A DNA stretch of 64,000 nt from Geopsychrobacteraceae bacterium (GTDB taxonomy: Bacteria > Desulfobacterota > Desulfuromonadia > Desulfuromonadales > Geopsychrobacteraceae). Both the position numbers and the translations under genes were made by a program. Within the stretch, counting starts at the first letter, position 1, and each line of letters starts with the position of its first letter. The notes below the pieces were generated by a model that saw nothing but the letters and a program-made list of their open reading frames with translations, was not told the origin of the DNA and made no database searches. Shown here one piece after another: positions 1-10,381 of this stretch. The stretch is from positions 480,001 through 544,000 of the forward strand of contig CAXXTB010000001.1 of assembly GCA_963676795.2 (NCBI GenBank). Reading direction: 5' to 3'.

Positions 1-324
1 ACCGATGACGATCGAGCCCTTGGTCACGGTCTTGGCAACCAGTTCCTCACACAAGCCTTCCAGCGTGGTAAACGACTTGTCCTTCTCCGAGTCCTTGATG
101 ACGATCACGTCATGCTTGATGTTGTTCGCAGCAAAGATCGCCGAGATCTCCGGAACGTAAAGATCGTTCAGAACCTGGTTGGTGACGAAGAAGACCTTGT
201 CGAAGGAGGTCTGGTTGATCAGGGTCGCCAGCTGGTCGATGATATCGTGGCCGAAGTAGTAGGTCGGATCAGGAACCAGGTTGGTTTTGAAATCGATCAT
301 CTTTTTGGTTTCGAATTGATACAT
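1..324 (-). CDS. 3-dehydroquinate synthase / sugar-phosphate cyclase family protein (N-terminal part; runs off window)
   Basis: Not in the ORF track. Hand translation from ATG at 324 (RBS AGGAGG): MYQFETKKMIDFKTNLVPDPTYYFGHDIIDQLATLINQTSFDKVFFVTNQVLNDLYVPEI...KDSEKDKSFTTLEGLCEELVAKTVTKGSIVIG. This matches the AroB/DOI-synthase N-terminal pattern up to the expected GGG motif. Confidence 0.75.
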   Translation of the reverse strand, partial: MYQFETKKMIDFKTNLVPDPTYYFGHDIIDQLATLINQTSFDKVFFVTNQVLNDLYVPEISAIFAANNIKHDVIVIKDSEKDKSFTTLEGLCEELVAKTVTKGSIVIG

Positions 325-745
325 ATGCGTACCTCCTTGTGCGTGACTGTTAGCGCAACGAGCGTAGAAAGCGAAAGCGGCAGTGCTCAGTTGCGTACTT
401 TGTGTTTCGGATAAAGCAACACTTGTGCTGTAAGTGAAATATAGGCAAGAGCTAATTTTGAGTCAAGGAAAAAAATGACGTTTACTTGATAAAAAAGATG
501 GTGGTTCAAAAGAGTTGAATATTTTCAGGGGTTATGGATTTTCCGATGAAGCAAAAAAAGATTGCAGAGAGGTAAGTTGCTGAGAATTAACGGGTTTACT
601 GTTATCTCGCTAACCCATCACCGGACAATGTTGAGTAAGCTTGGTAACAATCTGCGATCAGTGATGATCCTATGAGAAGAACGTCGAAGGGGGGCAGTGC
701 GGGATACGGAGCCTGTATCTGCCGAGGGATAAAAGTTTCAATTGC

Positions 746-760
746 TTAACACATCTTTAC
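746..760 (+). promoter_or_regulatory. Possible OmpR/CpxR-type direct-repeat site upstream of the efflux operon
   Basis: TTAAC-N5-TTTAC (10-bp period) about 90 nt upstream of macA, followed by -10-like TAATCT at 783-788. Confidence 0.25.
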
Positions 761-850
761 AGATGATTTCAGTAAAATGGAGTAATCTTTTGAAGTTGTC
801 AGTGTAGTCACGAACGTGCAGGAATCAGCCGAAGATGACAAGGACGTAAC

Positions 851-2095
851 ATGGAAAACGGCACAGTCAAAAAGAAGAAAAGCAGCAGCTATCTACTGAT
901 TATTCTGGTCCTGGTTATTGTCATAGCCGGTGCAGGATATTTCATCAAGACCAGGGTTATGGCCAAAGACTCAGCTGGAGAGTCTCAGCAGAGTGCAGCA
1001 GTTACGCTCGGTTCGATTGAAAACGTGGTGACAGCGACCGGAACCCTGGAGCCGGGCGATTATGTTGATGTCGGCGCCCAGGTATCGGGTCAGTTGACCA
1101 AAATCTATTTTGATGTCGGCGAATCGGTTAAAAAGGGGGATCTGCTCGCCGAGATCGATCCGACCCTGTTCAAGGCGGATGTCGATTCAACCCGCGCCCA
1201 GCTCAACTATCAGAAGGCGGAATATAAGGACTTAAGTGCCAAGCTGACGCTGGCGGAATACCAGGCCAAGCGTCAGCGCAGCATGTACGCCGACGGGGCG
1301 ACAAGCGAGGAAAACCTGAAAACGGCCGAAACCGACCTGCTCTCGGCCGAGGCACAGCTGGAGATGCTCAAAGCCCAGATCGAGCAGACCGAATCGGAGC
1401 TGGTCTCCGCCAGGACCAAGTTGAACTATGCAAGGATCTATGCACCAATGGATGGCACCGTGGTGTCGGTCAGCGCCCGTCAGGGGCAGACCCTCAACGC
1501 CAACCAGTCGACCCCGACCATTCTGCAGATTGCTGATCTGTCGGTCATGACCGTAAACACGGAGGTTTCCGAGGCCGATGTCAGCAAGCTCAAAGCCGGT
1601 ATGGATGCCTACTTCACCACCTTGGGCAGTCAGACGCAGCGCTGGTATGGCAAGGTTCAGCTGATCGAGCCGACGCCGACGGTTGAAAACAATGTCGTCC
1701 TCTACAACGCCAAGTTCGATGTCGATAACAACAGCGGGGCACTGCTGCCGCAGATGACGGCTCAGGTCTCCTTTGTCGTCGCCTCGGCAGAGAATGCCCT
1801 GATCGTGCCGGCCAGCGCGGTAAATTTCATGACCCGCCCTGGCGGCGCTAATCGCTCACAGGGGGCGGTAGGCGGCAGAGGAGGCGGCCGCCCCGGCGAG
1901 GTTCAGGTCATGCTTGCTGACAGAACAACGGAAACCCGTCAGGTCAGGACCGGTATCAGCAATCGCATCCAGATCCAGATTCTGTCCGGGCTCCAGGAGG
2001 GGGAACAGGTTATCCTCACTGCGATGAGAAGCACAGGCGCCGGTGCGAACAGCAATTCCGGTCCTCCCTTTGGCGGTATGCCGCGGATGCACTGA
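851..2095 (+). CDS. macA: MacA-type membrane fusion (periplasmic adaptor) protein
   Basis: N-terminal TM anchor, [11 protein letters not shown] / [10 protein letters not shown] lipoyl-like halves, coiled-coil hairpin, IYAPMDGTV; directly upstream of macB. Confidence 0.9.
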   Translation: MENGTVKKKKSSSYLLIILVLVIVIAGAGYFIKTRVMAKDSAGESQQSAAVTLGSIENVVTATGTLEPGDYVDVGAQVSGQLTKIYFDVGESVKKGDLLAEIDPTLFKADVDSTRAQLNYQKAEYKDLSAKLTLAEYQAKRQRSMYADGATSEENLKTAETDLLSAEAQLEMLKAQIEQTESELVSARTKLNYARIYAPMDGTVVSVSARQGQTLNANQSTPTILQIADLSVMTVNTEVSEADVSKLKAGMDAYFTTLGSQTQRWYGKVQLIEPTPTVENNVVLYNAKFDVDNNSGALLPQMTAQVSFVVASAENALIVPASAVNFMTRPGGANRSQGAVGGRGGGRPGEVQVMLADRTTETRQVRTGISNRIQIQILSGLQEGEQVILTAMRSTGAGANSNSGPPFGGMPRMH

Positions 2096-2103
2096 GGCCG
2101 GCT

Positions 2104-4032
2104 ATGCAACCACTTATTGAGTTACGTAACATTTCGCGGGTCTATCGCAGTGGCGAGATCAATGTCATGGCCCTTGACGGGATCGATCTGACCATCTATC
2201 CGGGCGAGTTTATCGCTATCATGGGAACCTCAGGGTCGGGCAAGACGACCCTGATGAATATCCTCGGCTGCCTGGACAAGCCGACCGCCGGCAGTTACCT
2301 GTTCTTGGGACGCGATGTCTCCGGGTTTGACAGTGATGAACTGGCCCGCCTGCGCCGTGAGGAGTTCGGTTTTATCTTTCAGAGCTACAACCTGATCCGC
2401 ACCGCCAGCGCCCTGGAAAACGTCGAAGTGCCGTCGGTGTATGCCGGGGTTCCGGCAGCTGAGCGCCATGCCCGGGCGCTGCAGCTACTCAATGACTTTG
2501 GTCTCGGCAACCGTTGCGGCCACCGCCCCAATCAGCTTTCCGGTGGGCAGCAACAGCGGGTTTCGGCGGCCCGGGCGCTGATGAATGGCGGACGACTGAT
2601 CCTTGCCGACGAACCGACCGGTGCCCTTGACAGTCGCAGCGGTGAAGAGCTGATGGCAATTCTCAAGGAGTTATCAAGCAAAGGGCATACGATTATTCTG
2701 ATTACCCATGAGCGCGAGGTGGCTGAATATGCCGACCGGATCATCGAGATCAGGGATGGTCATATCACCGCCGATCCGGGTAGCCAGAAATGGCGCGAGG
2801 GGGAACTGGAAGGCAGCTTTATCGGCAGCGCGGATGAATCCTATCTGGGGGAGCTGGGGGAAGCAGGCAAGACTGCATATCGGGCGCTGCGCAGTAATAT
2901 CTTCCGCACCATTCTGACCCTGCTGGGAATTGTCATCGGGGTTGCCTCGGTCATTTCCATGCTGGCCATCGGCGACGGCGCCAAGCAGGCGGTTGTCGAC
3001 CGGATCAGCGCCATGGGTAGCAACCTGGTCAATATTCGCCCCGGTGCCCCGAACATGCGTGGTCGGTCTGATGTCGCGACCCTGGTGCCGGCCGATGTGA
3101 CGGCGATAAATGAGCTGGATAACGTCATCGCCGCGGTCCCGGAACAGGAGAGCAGTGTCACCGTCCGTTACAGCGGTTCCGACAAGCGCACTTCGATGAA
3201 CAGTACCTCGCATGCTTATCTCACCGCCCGTCAGCTGAAGATGGCCTCCGGAGTTTTTTTCACTGAGGATGATGAACGCAGTTACGCGACTGTTGCGGTG
3301 CTGGGGAAAACCGTTGTTGAGGCCCTGTTTCCCTTTGAGGACCCGATCGGCAAGCTGATCCTGGTCAACAATATCCCATTTCAGGTGATCGGCGTGGTCA
3401 AGTCGCTCGGTGCCGGGTTCGGCGGCCGCGACCAGGACGATATCCTTTTTGTCCCCTATTCGACCGGTAGCCTGCGTATCAGCGGGCAGAACTACCTGCG
3501 TAACGTCACCGTCGCCGTCGAGAACACCGATATTATCAATGACACCCAGGAAGCGATCCGCAGCCTGCTGATTCAGCGCCATGGGGTTGAGGATTTTCAG
3601 ATCCGCAATATGACCTCGATTATCGAGAGCGTCTCCGAAACCCAGAATACCATGACCATCCTGCTCGGTTCGATCGCTGCCATCTCCCTGCTGGTCGGTG
3701 GCATCGGGGTTATGAACATTATGCTCGTCAGCGTCACCGAGCGGACCCGGGAGATCGGTATCCGCATGGCAGCTGGTGCGAGGATGCGCAACATCATGCA
3801 GCAGTTTCTGATTGAAGCGCTGGTTGTCTCGGCGCTGGGCGGGGTGATCGGGGTCATCGGCGGGCTCGGCGTTGCCACCCTGCTGCAGATGTACGGAACA
3901 CCGATCAAGTTCGCCGTACTGCCGGTCGTCGGTGCCTTTGCCTGCTCCTTTGCGACCGGGTTGATCTTTGGCTACCTGCCGGCCCGCAAGGCTGCTCGGC
4001 TCGACCCGGTCGCGGCACTGGCATCGGAATAA
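2104..4032 (+). CDS. macB: MacB-type ABC transporter, fused ATPase + permease
   Basis: Walker [17 protein letters not shown] signature, LILADEPTG, permease motif [23 protein letters not shown]. Confidence 0.95.
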   Translation: MQPLIELRNISRVYRSGEINVMALDGIDLTIYPGEFIAIMGTSGSGKTTLMNILGCLDKPTAGSYLFLGRDVSGFDSDELARLRREEFGFIFQSYNLIRTASALENVEVPSVYAGVPAAERHARALQLLNDFGLGNRCGHRPNQLSGGQQQRVSAARALMNGGRLILADEPTGALDSRSGEELMAILKELSSKGHTIILITHEREVAEYADRIIEIRDGHITADPGSQKWREGELEGSFIGSADESYLGELGEAGKTAYRALRSNIFRTILTLLGIVIGVASVISMLAIGDGAKQAVVDRISAMGSNLVNIRPGAPNMRGRSDVATLVPADVTAINELDNVIAAVPEQESSVTVRYSGSDKRTSMNSTSHAYLTARQLKMASGVFFTEDDERSYATVAVLGKTVVEALFPFEDPIGKLILVNNIPFQVIGVVKSLGAGFGGRDQDDILFVPYSTGSLRISGQNYLRNVTVAVENTDIINDTQEAIRSLLIQRHGVEDFQIRNMTSIIESVSETQNTMTILLGSIAAISLLVGGIGVMNIMLVSVTERTREIGIRMAAGARMRNIMQQFLIEALVVSALGGVIGVIGGLGVATLLQMYGTPIKFAVLPVVGAFACSFATGLIFGYLPARKAARLDPVAALASE

Positions 4033-4038
4033 GGAAGA

Positions 4039-5457
4039 ATGAAGATGAACAGATATATCCGACTATCTCTACTTGCTGTTGTTCTGCTGCTAAGTGGTTG
4101 TGCCGCTGCGACAGCGCCGCTTGAACCTCTTGAGAATCTGCCGCAGCAGTGGCAGCAGGCAGAACCGCAGAGCGCTGCAGCAATCGATCCCGAGTGGTGG
4201 CGGCAGTTCGGCTCCAACGAGCTGGAAGGTCTGATCGAACAGGCGCTGGCCAACAGCCCCGATCTGGCAGCAACGGCTGAAAGCGTGATTCAGGCCGGGT
4301 TGGTGCTGCGCAACAGCGGTGCGACGCTGCTGCCGAGCGTCTCGGCAAGCGGGGCAAGTTCATGGGGGAGGAGCTACGATCATGGCGCAGAGGTTTGGAA
4401 TGATCCCAGTCGTTCGAGCTCAGTGGGGCTCAAGGTCTCTTACGAGGTCGATCTGTGGGGCAAGCTGGCGGCGCAGCGGCAGAGCTCAGCTGCTAGCTAT
4501 GACGCTGTGCGCTTCGATTTCGATGCCGCCCGCCTGACCCTGGTGTCCAGTGTTGCCCAGAACTACTTCGAGTACCTCTGCCTCAACGAACGACTTGTCT
4601 ATGCGCGTAATAATCTGGAGATCGCTGAAGGGATTCTCAGGATCGTCGAGTCGCGCTGGCGGAACGGCGAAGTCACCGAGCTCGATGTGGTCCAGCAGCG
4701 GACAACGGTCACATCTCAACAGTCAAGCGTCCTCAGCCTCGAAGTGCAGATTCGGCAGACCAGAAACGCACTGGCCGTGCTGACCGGTTCCTTCCCCCAG
4801 GATTTTGCGGTTGCCGCCTCCGGTTTTTCCAATCTGCTTACACCCAGCATTACCACCGGTGTGCCATCGGAGCTTCTGCTGCGCCGGCCTGATCTTGCCG
4901 CCGCCGAAGCTGATCTGATCGCCGCTGACGCCGACATCAGGGCTGCGCGGGCCGAACTCTTTCCGTCATTCAGCCTTTCGGCGTCGGCCTCCATGGGTTC
5001 TGCCGTACTTCTGTCGCTGACCGATCCGACCAGCAGTCTCTCTCTGGCAGGTTCGCTGGCCCAGACCCTGTTTGACGGCGGCAGCAGAAGGAACCAGATC
5101 AAGATCTCCGAATCGAAGCAGCGTGCTCTGATCGAAAACTATCGCCAGGCGGTACTGACCGCGTTCCAGGAGGTCGAAGATGCGCTGCTGGCGGAGAGCT
5201 TTGCCGTCAAACAGGCAGAGTTGCAGGAGCAGACCGTCGCCAGTGCCCGCCGGACCCTGGAGTTGTCACAGGTTCAGTACAAAAACGGCGTTGCAGATCT
5301 GAACACGGTCTTAACTGCCCAGCAGAGCAAAAATCAGGCGGATGACGAACTGCTGCAACTGCGCCTTGAGCGTTTGACCAACCTGGTTACCCTCTACAAG
5401 GTGCTGGGTGGCGGTTGGGAACGTCAGCAGGCTGCTACCGGCCCGGATCACAAATAA
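4039..5457 (+). CDS. Outer membrane efflux lipoprotein (NodT/OprM/TolC family)
   Basis: Lipobox LLSGC, WWRQFG, YEVDLWGK, PSELLLRRPD, LYKVLGGGW. Confidence 0.93.
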   Translation: MKMNRYIRLSLLAVVLLLSGCAAATAPLEPLENLPQQWQQAEPQSAAAIDPEWWRQFGSNELEGLIEQALANSPDLAATAESVIQAGLVLRNSGATLLPSVSASGASSWGRSYDHGAEVWNDPSRSSSVGLKVSYEVDLWGKLAAQRQSSAASYDAVRFDFDAARLTLVSSVAQNYFEYLCLNERLVYARNNLEIAEGILRIVESRWRNGEVTELDVVQQRTTVTSQQSSVLSLEVQIRQTRNALAVLTGSFPQDFAVAASGFSNLLTPSITTGVPSELLLRRPDLAAAEADLIAADADIRAARAELFPSFSLSASASMGSAVLLSLTDPTSSLSLAGSLAQTLFDGGSRRNQIKISESKQRALIENYRQAVLTAFQEVEDALLAESFAVKQAELQEQTVASARRTLELSQVQYKNGVADLNTVLTAQQSKNQADDELLQLRLERLTNLVTLYKVLGGGWERQQAATGPDHK

Positions 5458-5634
5458 ACAGCTGCTAAAATGAAAACCATTATCAAAAAGCGCGGTATCT
5501 GTGATTCAAATCACGGACATTTCTTCCCGGATCCTCCATCTTTACGACGGACATTGTTCAGAGCTCGTTGATGGGCCTATGCGGCAACCTGTGAGTCTCT
5601 GTTCAACATTAATAGACTGTACAGGAGAGGTGAA

Positions 5635-5727
5635 ATGCGAAGCGGATTGACAAAACCGGGCGGGTGTGGATGTGGCGGCGGTGGCTGCCAAAGCGGCGGC
5701 TGCGGCAATTGCAGTTGCGGCAAATAA
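5635..5727 (+). CDS. 30-aa Gly/Cys-rich peptide with 6 Cys (metallothionein-like or RiPP-precursor-like)
   Basis: RBS AGGAGAGG, then ATG: MRSGLTKPGGCGCGGGGCQSGGCGNCSCGK*. A strong terminator follows immediately. Below the ORF-track length cut-off. Confidence 0.65.
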   Translation: MRSGLTKPGGCGCGGGGCQSGGCGNCSCGK

Positions 5728-5749
5728 ATAATTGACTGAAAATGCGAAG

Positions 5750-5794
5750 AGAGAAGAGGAGTTGACCCGCCAGGTCAGCTCCTCTTCTCTTTTG
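5750..5794 (+). terminator. Intrinsic terminator hairpin
   Basis: AGAGAAGAGGAGTTGACC-cgcca-GGTCAGCTCCTCTTCTCT (18-bp stem, one G:U pair) followed by TTTG. Confidence 0.8.
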
Positions 5795-6021
5795 TTCCCT
5801 GACTTTTGGGGAAATTACAAGCTGAACCTCTGTTGGTAGGCAAATGGTTCCTGCGCTTTAACAGATACATGAAGGGAATCTGTGATGCTGTGATCTGCTC
5901 GCTGCTGACGACCTTGAGTTTGTAGCCGAGATTGAGGTTGGCGTAAAATACCTCCTGGTCAGGCAGGTTCCGTTGCCGAAAAACTGCCTGAGCAGGCGTT
6001 TGTCAAGAAAGGATAAGACTG

Positions 6022-6981
6022 CTATTGAAGCCCGGCAAGCAGGTTATCAGCCATCTGTTGCAGAAGGATGAAATAACTCTCTGGTCCGGCCTTGAGTGAT
6101 GCGCCGAGAGGATCGAGGACGCCACTTTTGGCCTGGGTCTTTTCGATCAGGGTTTTGATCATACGGGGCTGAAATTGCGGTTCGGCGAAAACGCAGCGCG
6201 CCTTGAGGGTGACAATCTTGTCACGCAGCTCGGAGATTCTTTTGGCCCCCGGTTGCTGTTCTGGGCTGACGGTGATTGAGCCGATGGCCGTCAGTCTGTA
6301 GCTTTTTTCAAAATACTGATAAGCGTCATGGAAGACAATGAACGGAACTTGCCGAACCGGGGCCAGCTGCGCGTCTAATTTCGCATCGAGCTGCTCCAGA
6401 CGCTGACGAAGCTGGTGGGCATTGTTCTGATACTGTAGCTGGTGGGCCGCGTCGATCCGGCTGAGGGTTTGTTCCACGGCAGAGACGATTTCAGTGGCCA
6501 TTTTGGGTGACAACCAGAGATGCGGGTCCCGACGCAATTCTGCGTCGTGGTCGTGGTCGTGATCGGCATCAGCATCGGCATCAGGTCTGTGACTATGGGC
6601 ATCCCAGCTGCCCCCCTCGCGCACGGCCAGCATGAGCCCCTGCAGCTCATCCATCAGCTCCAGGCTGTGGGCATTTCCGGACAGATTCGCGACCGGTTTG
6701 ACGAGAAATGATTCCATGGTGTGGCCAACCCAGATAATCAGGTCGGCCTTCTGCAGCATCCGCGCATCCGAAGGCTTCAGTGCGTAGCTGTGCGGGGATT
6801 CTCCCCCTTCGAGCAGCAGGGCGGGCTCGCCTATCCCCTGCATGACCCCGGCGACCAGAGAGTGGATCGGTTTGATGCTGACCACGACCCTTGGCGCGGT
6901 GTCGGCGGCCAGGGCAGTTCCGGTCACCAGAAGGAGTAAAGATAGCAATACTGTTGTGACTTGCAGGGGGATACGCAACAT
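6022..6981 (-). CDS. znuA: Zinc ABC transporter periplasmic binding protein
   Basis: Signal peptide, VVSIKPIHSL, SPHSYALKPSD, His/Asp-rich loop, DPHLWLSP, VFHDAYQYF. Confidence 0.93.
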   Translation of the reverse strand: MLRIPLQVTTVLLSLLLLVTGTALAADTAPRVVVSIKPIHSLVAGVMQGIGEPALLLEGGESPHSYALKPSDARMLQKADLIIWVGHTMESFLVKPVANLSGNAHSLELMDELQGLMLAVREGGSWDAHSHRPDADADADHDHDHDAELRRDPHLWLSPKMATEIVSAVEQTLSRIDAAHQLQYQNNAHQLRQRLEQLDAKLDAQLAPVRQVPFIVFHDAYQYFEKSYRLTAIGSITVSPEQQPGAKRISELRDKIVTLKARCVFAEPQFQPRMIKTLIEKTQAKSGVLDPLGASLKAGPESYFILLQQMADNLLAGLQ

Positions 6982-7021
6982 ATTCGGTCTCCTGTATTTA
7001 TGGATGTTGATTTTTGTTTTA

Positions 7022-7057
7022 GGGATGTTATAACATAACTTTTGCGGCTCCTGTCAA
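7022..7057 (-). promoter_or_regulatory. Zur-type operator overlapping the znuA promoter
   Basis: Minus strand CAAAAGTTATGTTATAACATCCC (7044-7022) resembles the Zur palindrome GAAATGTTATA-N-TATAACATTTC. It overlaps an extended -10 TGtTATAAC; TTGACA lies at 7057-7052. Confidence 0.65.
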
Positions 7058-7193
7058 CATCCGCCATAGATCATCGGCAAACGGATTGAGGTCGTCCTTC
7101 TTCAGAAAGAGTTTTTTTTGAGTAAGCTGATGGGGAGGGCGAAATTCCGTTGTGCTTATGGCGGTTTCTGCCTCAGTCAGGGGATGGGATAAT

Positions 7194-7227
7194 CTGGCGC
7201 CGGTCCGAGTCATTGGGCCGGCGCCAG
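7194..7227 (-). terminator. GC-rich hairpin downstream of bfr copy 1
   Basis: CTGGCGCCGGTCC / GGGCCGGCGCCAG inverted repeat 25 nt after the stop; weak U-tract. Confidence 0.5.
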
Positions 7228-7251
7228 GTGGTGTGTCAGTTCTGCGAAGGG

Positions 7252-7725
7252 CTAGTCTTTCTTGATCTTTTCTGACAGATAGTTCTGCAGGCCCATCTGG
7301 TCGATCTGATCCTGTTCGGCCTCGATCCAGTCAAGGTGCTCTTCTTCTTCCCTGAGAATCTGCTCAAGAATGATCTTTGTTCCGTGGTCGTTGAGTCTGG
7401 TGCAGAGTTCAACCGATTTGTTGTAGTTGTCGATGGCGACCTTCTCGGCCTGCCAGTCGACCTTGTGCATCTCGGCGATCTCCTTGCCGATGTGAATCTC
7501 TGCCAGATTCGAGACGATCGGGCGGCCGTCAAGGTAGAGGATCCGTTCAATCAGTTTCTCGGCATGCTTCATTTCGTCAATAGAACGTTTCTTCATGAGT
7601 GTATGCAGGTGACTGTAACCCCAGTCTTCTGCCATTTCGCAATGTAGAAAATACTGGTTGACGGCAGCAAGTTCCTCGGAGAGGAGTTCGTTCAGGGTGT
7701 CGATAATCTCCTGATGACCTTTCAT
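7252..7725 (-). CDS. bfr: Bacterioferritin (copy 1)
   Basis: 157 aa; ferroxidase ligands E18, E51, H54, E94, E127, H130 and heme ligand M52 at the E. coli Bfr positions; RBS AGGAGG. Confidence 0.96.
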   Translation of the reverse strand: MKGHQEIIDTLNELLSEELAAVNQYFLHCEMAEDWGYSHLHTLMKKRSIDEMKHAEKLIERILYLDGRPIVSNLAEIHIGKEIAEMHKVDWQAEKVAIDNYNKSVELCTRLNDHGTKIILEQILREEEEHLDWIEAEQDQIDQMGLQNYLSEKIKKD

Positions 7726-8068
7726 ATGCGGTTCCTCCTGGAAAAATGTGAGATTTCAGTTGCACTCTAAGCTGCAAGAGCGGAAGTTAATTATATCAGA
7801 CAATTTCCAGTATGCCCTGATCGATCGCATCCCTGGTAACAGCAAAAAGAATGACGCAGCGAGGGCGGCCCGTGAAATAAGGGGAAGAAAAAATTGATCC
7901 GGTTATCCTGGCCGCAATGGGGGTATCATTGACGAGGCCAATGAAATCGCCGGATCCGCGGATTTGACGATCAGTGACAGCCTCAGTCGGTCGGTTGCGC
8001 TTGAGATTGGTTTGCTTGAGTCACCCTGACTTTTGTTTGCTCTAAGATAAGACGGTTGATGAAGTGTT

Positions 8069-8542
8069 ATGGATAAAAAGACTGAAAACGATATCGAGAA
8101 AGAACTGCGTCAGCAGCAGAGATTTACCGTTGCCGGAGCCATCGGCAGGGCCGGAAAAGGGCTGATGAAGGGGGCCTCGCCGATCTCGCTTCAGGAGCAG
8201 GCGCGCAAGGTGCTGCAGGAATGGATCCAGCGCCATGTCCCCGATCCCTCAGGGGCCCTGAAAGAGATTCTCAGGCGCAGGGTCAAGGCAGTCCCGCTTC
8301 CGGACGACATCGATCCGCAAAGGCCCTATGCCGTTTTGGTTGAGCTGATCGAAAAGATCCTGGCCAGCGAATACCAGCTCAAGGAACTCGTCCGTCAGGT
8401 CGATATCCGCTGGGGAGAGCTCTACCAGGAGCGCCCCCGCTTTGAAAGGGAAGGGCAGGAGCCCGACCCGGATGATGAATATACCTTTGACTCGGTGCGG
8501 CGGATATTGAACCAGTTGCTGGAAAATTTGCGAGCGAGTTAA
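8069..8542 (+). CDS. Hypothetical protein
   Basis: 157-aa ORF with typical codon usage filling the gap; helical and charged; no motif recognised. Confidence 0.75.
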   Translation: MDKKTENDIEKELRQQQRFTVAGAIGRAGKGLMKGASPISLQEQARKVLQEWIQRHVPDPSGALKEILRRRVKAVPLPDDIDPQRPYAVLVELIEKILASEYQLKELVRQVDIRWGELYQERPRFEREGQEPDPDDEYTFDSVRRILNQLLENLRAS

Positions 8543-8545
8543 ACC

Positions 8546-9412
8546 TCAGTCTGAGCTTTTCCCCATATCCTTCTGCATCGTTTTTCTCAGCTCGTGGGCA
8601 ATCGGTCCCACATAGCCGCGGTTGATGGTGAAGCCGTCAACCTTGACCACCGGCATGATTTCCAGCGAGGTCGAGGTGATGAACACCTCATCGGCGAATT
8701 TGAGGTCCTGCAGCTTGAACTCACCGGCAATCACCCTCAGGTTCAACTGTTCTTCACACAGACGCATGACCGTGGCGCGGGTCACCCCTTCGAGCAGGCC
8801 GGTCGAGACGTCGGGGGTGAAGACCCAGTGCCCCTTGGTCCAGAAGATGTTGGACGAGGCCCCTTCGCAGATGTGATCCCGATTGTTGAGCATAATGACT
8901 TCGAAAGCGCCGGCTTGCCTGGCCTCTAACTTGCCGAGCAAACTGTTGAGGTTACTGATCGACTTGATCTTGGGACTGATCGCTTCCGGGGCGTTGCGCC
9001 GGGTCTGGGCCAGATGGAGTTCGATCCCCTTTTCGTAGTGTTCCTCGGCAAAGCCGCTGAACTGGCGGGCCATGATCAGGCAGGTCAGGTTGTCCGAGCT
9101 TTTGCGCACAAAGCCGATTTCTCCCGGCCCGCGGGTGATGGTGATGCGGAAGTAGGCGTCCGTCAGGCCGTTCTTCTCCTGCAGTTGATAGAGAATCTCT
9201 TCGAGTTGCTGCTGGCTGAATTTCAGCGGATAGTTGAGCGCCTGTGCCGACTGACGCAGACGCTGGAAGTGTAGCTCAAACTGATAAAGCCTGCCGTCAT
9301 GGGAACGGAAGCTCTCAAAGATGCCGTCACCGTAGAGAAAACCCTGGTCATAGACCGAGACCGTGGCCTGGCTGCTGTCGATAAACTTACCGTTGAGATA
9401 GACATAGTTCAT
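8546..9412 (-). CDS. Class IV PLP-dependent aminotransferase (IlvE/PabC family)
   Basis: GFLYGDGIFE, HFQRL, KIKS (PLP lysine), EGASSNIF, LEGVTR. Confidence 0.92.
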   Translation of the reverse strand: MNYVYLNGKFIDSSQATVSVYDQGFLYGDGIFESFRSHDGRLYQFELHFQRLRQSAQALNYPLKFSQQQLEEILYQLQEKNGLTDAYFRITITRGPGEIGFVRKSSDNLTCLIMARQFSGFAEEHYEKGIELHLAQTRRNAPEAISPKIKSISNLNSLLGKLEARQAGAFEVIMLNNRDHICEGASSNIFWTKGHWVFTPDVSTGLLEGVTRATVMRLCEEQLNLRVIAGEFKLQDLKFADEVFITSTSLEIMPVVKVDGFTINRGYVGPIAHELRKTMQKDMGKSSD

Positions 9413-9440
9413 TCCCGGTCCTCCTGCCTGGTTGAGGTTT

Positions 9441-10271
9441 CTATAGGAATAATAACAGGCTCAATGCCATCAGCGCCATGCCGGCAACCAGGCCGATAAT
9501 GGTCAGGTGGTGTTTGCCGAATTCTTCGGCCGATGGCAGCAGTTCGTCGATGGAGATGAAGACCATGATCCCGGCAACTGCGGCGAACAGGATACCGAAG
9601 ATGGTTGGGGTGAAAAACGGCATCAGTAACAGGTACCCGACGATGGCGCCGATCGGTTCGGCGACGCCGGAAAGAAACGACAGGCCAAAGGCCCGTTTGC
9701 GGCTGCCGGTCGCATAGTAGATCGGGACTGAAACGGCGATCCCTTCCGGGATGTTGTGCAGGGCGACAGCCACCGCAATGGCCAGACCCAAATGCGGATC
9801 GGTCAGGGCAGCGGTGAAGGTGGCCAGTCCTTCCGGGAAGTTGTGGATGCCTATGGCCAGGGCGGTGAACAGCCCCATGCGGCGCAATTTGGCAAAATCG
9901 TGCGAGCTGTCGTGCGGCAGGTTCTTCAGTCCGACACCGATCTCTTCGATGGAATGAAGTTCGTGGGGATTTTCGTAATTGGGAACCAGCCAGTCGATCA
10001 GGGCGATAACCGCGATACCGCCGAAAAAGGCCAGCACCGTGACCCAGGTTCCCTGCACATCACCAAGTGAGGCCGTCAGTTCGCTGCGGGCTTTGGCGAA
10101 GATCTCAACAAAGGAGACATAGAGCATGACCCCGGCGGAGAAGCCGAGGGCGATCGACAGAAAGCGGGTGTTGGTCCGGCGGGTAAAAAATGCCATGGCA
10201 CTGCCGATACCGGTGGAAAGACCGGCAAACAGGGTCAGCCCGAAGGCGTACATGACAGTATGTGAATCCAT
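9441..10271 (-). CDS. zupT: ZIP-family zinc/divalent metal transporter ZupT
   Basis: IHNFPEG and LHNIPEG metal motifs, [13 protein letters not shown], multiple TM helices. Confidence 0.95.
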   Translation of the reverse strand: MDSHTVMYAFGLTLFAGLSTGIGSAMAFFTRRTNTRFLSIALGFSAGVMLYVSFVEIFAKARSELTASLGDVQGTWVTVLAFFGGIAVIALIDWLVPNYENPHELHSIEEIGVGLKNLPHDSSHDFAKLRRMGLFTALAIGIHNFPEGLATFTAALTDPHLGLAIAVAVALHNIPEGIAVSVPIYYATGSRKRAFGLSFLSGVAEPIGAIVGYLLLMPFFTPTIFGILFAAVAGIMVFISIDELLPSAEEFGKHHLTIIGLVAGMALMALSLLLFL

Positions 10272-10312
10272 TGCAGTATTTCCTTTTAAGTGTGGTTAAT
10301 GGAGCCGTCTCA

Positions 10313-10351
10313 AGGCGTAAAGATAGCATAGATTGCTATAAACATACGCCT
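10313..10351. promoter_or_regulatory. Nested inverted repeat between bioC and zupT (operator or terminator)
   Basis: AGGCGTA...ATAGCA-tagat-TGCTAT...TACGCCT. Confidence 0.3.
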
Positions 10352-10381
10352 ATGGAATGTTGTTTAGCGAGAGGAAGGATA

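Noticed and set aside
112..414. 100-aa plus-strand ORF
   Set aside because: Antisense to the partial cyclase gene, which has an RBS and family motifs
5470..5571. 33-aa ORF after the OMF gene
   Set aside because: No RBS and no compositional signal
5800..6010. Minus-strand stretch reading DQEVFYANLNLGYKLKVV, reminiscent of an outer-membrane barrel C-terminus
   Set aside because: No start or RBS in frame and too short to support a pseudogene call
6540..6585. Short tandem repeats (GTCGTG, GGCATC/AGCATC)
   Set aside because: They encode the His/Asp-rich loop typical of ZnuA
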